A DNA stretch of 32,000 nt from the NCBI RefSeq assembly GCF_042660085.1, contig NZ_JBHSTI010000008.1, positions 270,001 to 302,000 of the forward strand, given 5' to 3'. Below the pieces are notes generated by a model. That model ran no database searches and had not been told where the DNA came from. It saw only the letters and a program-made list of their open reading frames with translations. The translations under genes and the position numbers were made by a program. Positions 30,644-32,000 of the stretch are shown here, piece after piece. Position 1 is the first letter of the stretch. Every line of letters starts with the position of its first letter. The DNA is from Longivirga aurantiaca (GTDB lineage: Bacteria > Actinomycetota > Actinomycetes > S36-B12 > CAIYMF01).

Positions 30644-31584
30644 CAGCCAGCGACGTCGTAGAGCATCGGCTGCTTCGCCAGGCCGCGCATCAGCTCCTCG
30701 ACCGCCAGGACCCCGGCGCGCACGATGGCATCGACCGTTGCTGCCCCGCAGTGCGGGGTGAGGACCACGTTGGGCACGCCGCGCAGCAGGCTGTCATCGG
30801 GCAGTGGCTCCTGCTCGAAGCTGTCCAGGGCCGCCGCGGCCAGCGGCCCCTGCACGAGTGCCTGCGCGAGGGCGGCCTCGTCCACGATGCCGCCGCGGGC
30901 CGAGTTGACGAGCAGGCTGCCAGGTCGCATGGCGGCCAGGAAGGCCGCATCCACGAGGTGGTGGGTCTCGGGGGTGTACGGCGCGTGGATGGAGATGACA
31001 TCCGATCGTGCGAGCAGCTCGTCCAGACCGACCAGCGGGATGTCGCCGGCATCGGCCAGCGGGTCATGGCCGATCACCGTCATGCCGAAGGCGCGAGCGC
31101 GAACAGCCACGTCGCGTCCGATGCGTCCGGTGCCGACGAGCCCGAGGGTGCGCCCGGCGAGCTCGATGCCGCTCGGCCGGGACCAGGAGCCCGCGCGGAT
31201 CGCGCGGTCCATCGTCGTGATCGACCGCGCAGCCGTGAGCATCAGCCCCAGGGTGAGTTCGGCGACGGACGTGGTGGTGGCACCCACGGTGCGCGACACG
31301 CGGATCCCCAGCTCGTCGGCGACCGCGAGATCGACGTTGTCCGTCCCGATGCCGAACCGCACGATCGTCGTGAGGTGCGTCGCCTGCCGGAGCACGGGCT
31401 CGGACGCGTCGTCCACTCCGAGGATCACCCCCGTGCAGCCCACGAGGAGCTCGGACAGCTCGTCCGCGGTAAGGGGGCGCTGCTGGGTGGCGTAGCGGAC
31501 TTCCATGCCGCTCGACGCGAGCAGGTCCCGGTGCGGACCCGGCGTCTCGCGGAAGCCGCGAGGGGTGACGGCGACCGTGGTCAC
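30643..31584 (-). CDS. D-isomer-specific 2-hydroxyacid dehydrogenase (PGDH-like)
   Basis: ORF track, 313 aa. Motifs: GRTLGLVGTGRIGRDVA (NAD loop), the SARG...VDE and TPHCG catalytic Arg/Glu/His pattern. Confidence 0.85.
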   Translation of the reverse strand: MTTVAVTPRGFRETPGPHRDLLASSGMEVRYATQQRPLTADELSELLVGCTGVILGVDDASEPVLRQATHLTTIVRFGIGTDNVDLAVADELGIRVSRTVGATTTSVAELTLGLMLTAARSITTMDRAIRAGSWSRPSGIELAGRTLGLVGTGRIGRDVAVRARAFGMTVIGHDPLADAGDIPLVGLDELLARSDVISIHAPYTPETHHLVDAAFLAAMRPGSLLVNSARGGIVDEAALAQALVQGPLAAAALDSFEQEPLPDDSLLRGVPNVVLTPHCGAATVDAIVRAGVLAVEELMRGLAKQPMLYDVAG

Positions 31585-32000
31585 GAGGCCACGTATCGCG
31601 GATTGGGCCGGACCTCGGGGCCCTCCTCCCCTTCGACGACGATCACCGGGAACCCGCGCTCGGCGATCGTCGCGTAGTCGTACCCGGCATCGCCGATGTA
31701 GACGGCGTAGAAGACAAGGGGCGTGGTCCCGGTGTTCACCGAGCGATGCGCCCAGTGGCCGGGCACGTAGTTGGCGATGCCTGGGCGCATCTCCTTCGTG
31801 ACGGTCCTGCCGTCCTCGAGGGCCATGACGAGCAGCCCCTCTCCCGACAACGTCAGGTAGATCTCGGCGCGATCCCGGATGGCGTGGAAGTGCCCCTTCG
31901 TGAAGAAGTACTCGTCGCCGACCTTGCCCGGCGCCAGGACCGTGGTCGACGAGAGCAGGTTGTTCCCCGTCGGGGGCACGCGGACCTCGTGCACGGTATA
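31581..32000 (-). CDS. cupin-type glucose-6-phosphate isomerase-like protein, C-terminal part (gene probably continues past the right edge)
   Basis: ORF 31581..31994. TKGHFH...RAEIY...VPGHWAHRSVNTG...DAGYDYATIAERGF matches the TxGHxH / PxxWAHR cupin PGI signature known from archaeal cPGI. The frame stays open to the window end. Confidence 0.6.
   Translation of the reverse strand, partial: YTVHEVRVPPTGNNLLSSTTVLAPGKVGDEYFFTKGHFHAIRDRAEIYLTLSGEGLLVMALEDGRTVTKEMRPGIANYVPGHWAHRSVNTGTTPLVFYAVYIGDAGYDYATIAERGFPVIVVEGEEGPEVRPNPRYVAS

Noticed and set aside
1-32000. Searched for defence, toxin-antitoxin, phage, integrase, tRNA or rRNA signals
   Set aside because: No ORF shows nuclease, ATPase, methylase, integrase or toxin hallmarks that I can recognise. 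There is no tRNA-like cloverleaf or rRNA segment. The window reads as metabolic and regulatory throughout.

Overview
Visibly high-GC, actinobacterial-style chromosomal DNA, almost fully coding. I see no rRNA, tRNA, CRISPR array, transposase or phage gene. About 39 CDSs are supportable. They sit in tightly coupled operons with many ATGA/GTGA start-stop overlaps.

Gene content, left to right:
- a partial unknown gene (-), an HSL-type esterase, and an orphan sugar-binding lipoprotein
- KDPG-aldolase paralog 1 (-), then an SDR plus a YhfT-like membrane protein
- a 5-gene operon: GMC flavoprotein dehydrogenase, small subunit, Ldh_2 oxidoreductase, enolase-superfamily dehydratase, HAD
- a 6-gene minus-strand operon: NIPSNAP, aldo-keto reductase, acyl-CoA synthetase, MaoC hydratase, cyclase-family protein, hotdog thioesterase
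- kdgK-iclR-eda
- etfB-etfA plus a second GMC/small-subunit pair
- a phosphotriesterase-homology protein (-), a shikimate-DH-like protein, and a GntR/HutC regulator (-)
- a YhfU-like/PRD/YhfW-like/YhfX-like/ptsH/ptsI operon
- a cupin-PGI/2-hydroxyacid-DH/HAD operon (-) at the right edge

Main leads:
1. A yhf-type cluster (function unassigned in E. coli) is translationally fused to ptsH-ptsI. No recognisable EII is present, and its YhfT-type membrane gene lies 17 kb away. The two halves share an identical 14-nt promoter/operator core.
2. A 514-bp, 99.6%-identical direct repeat covers only the 3' tail of two otherwise diverged GMC genes plus their whole small-subunit genes. It brackets 13.9 kb.
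3. One GMC pair is in an operon with ETF. It has no cytochrome c subunit and no Tat signal.
4. Paired TGC-N7-GCA boxes with a fixed 20-bp phase occur in five intergenic regions, which suggests a single regulon.
5. A six-gene CoA-activation operon has no obvious known pathway.

Family calls rest on motifs read by eye and on memory of reference proteins. None has been checked by a database search.
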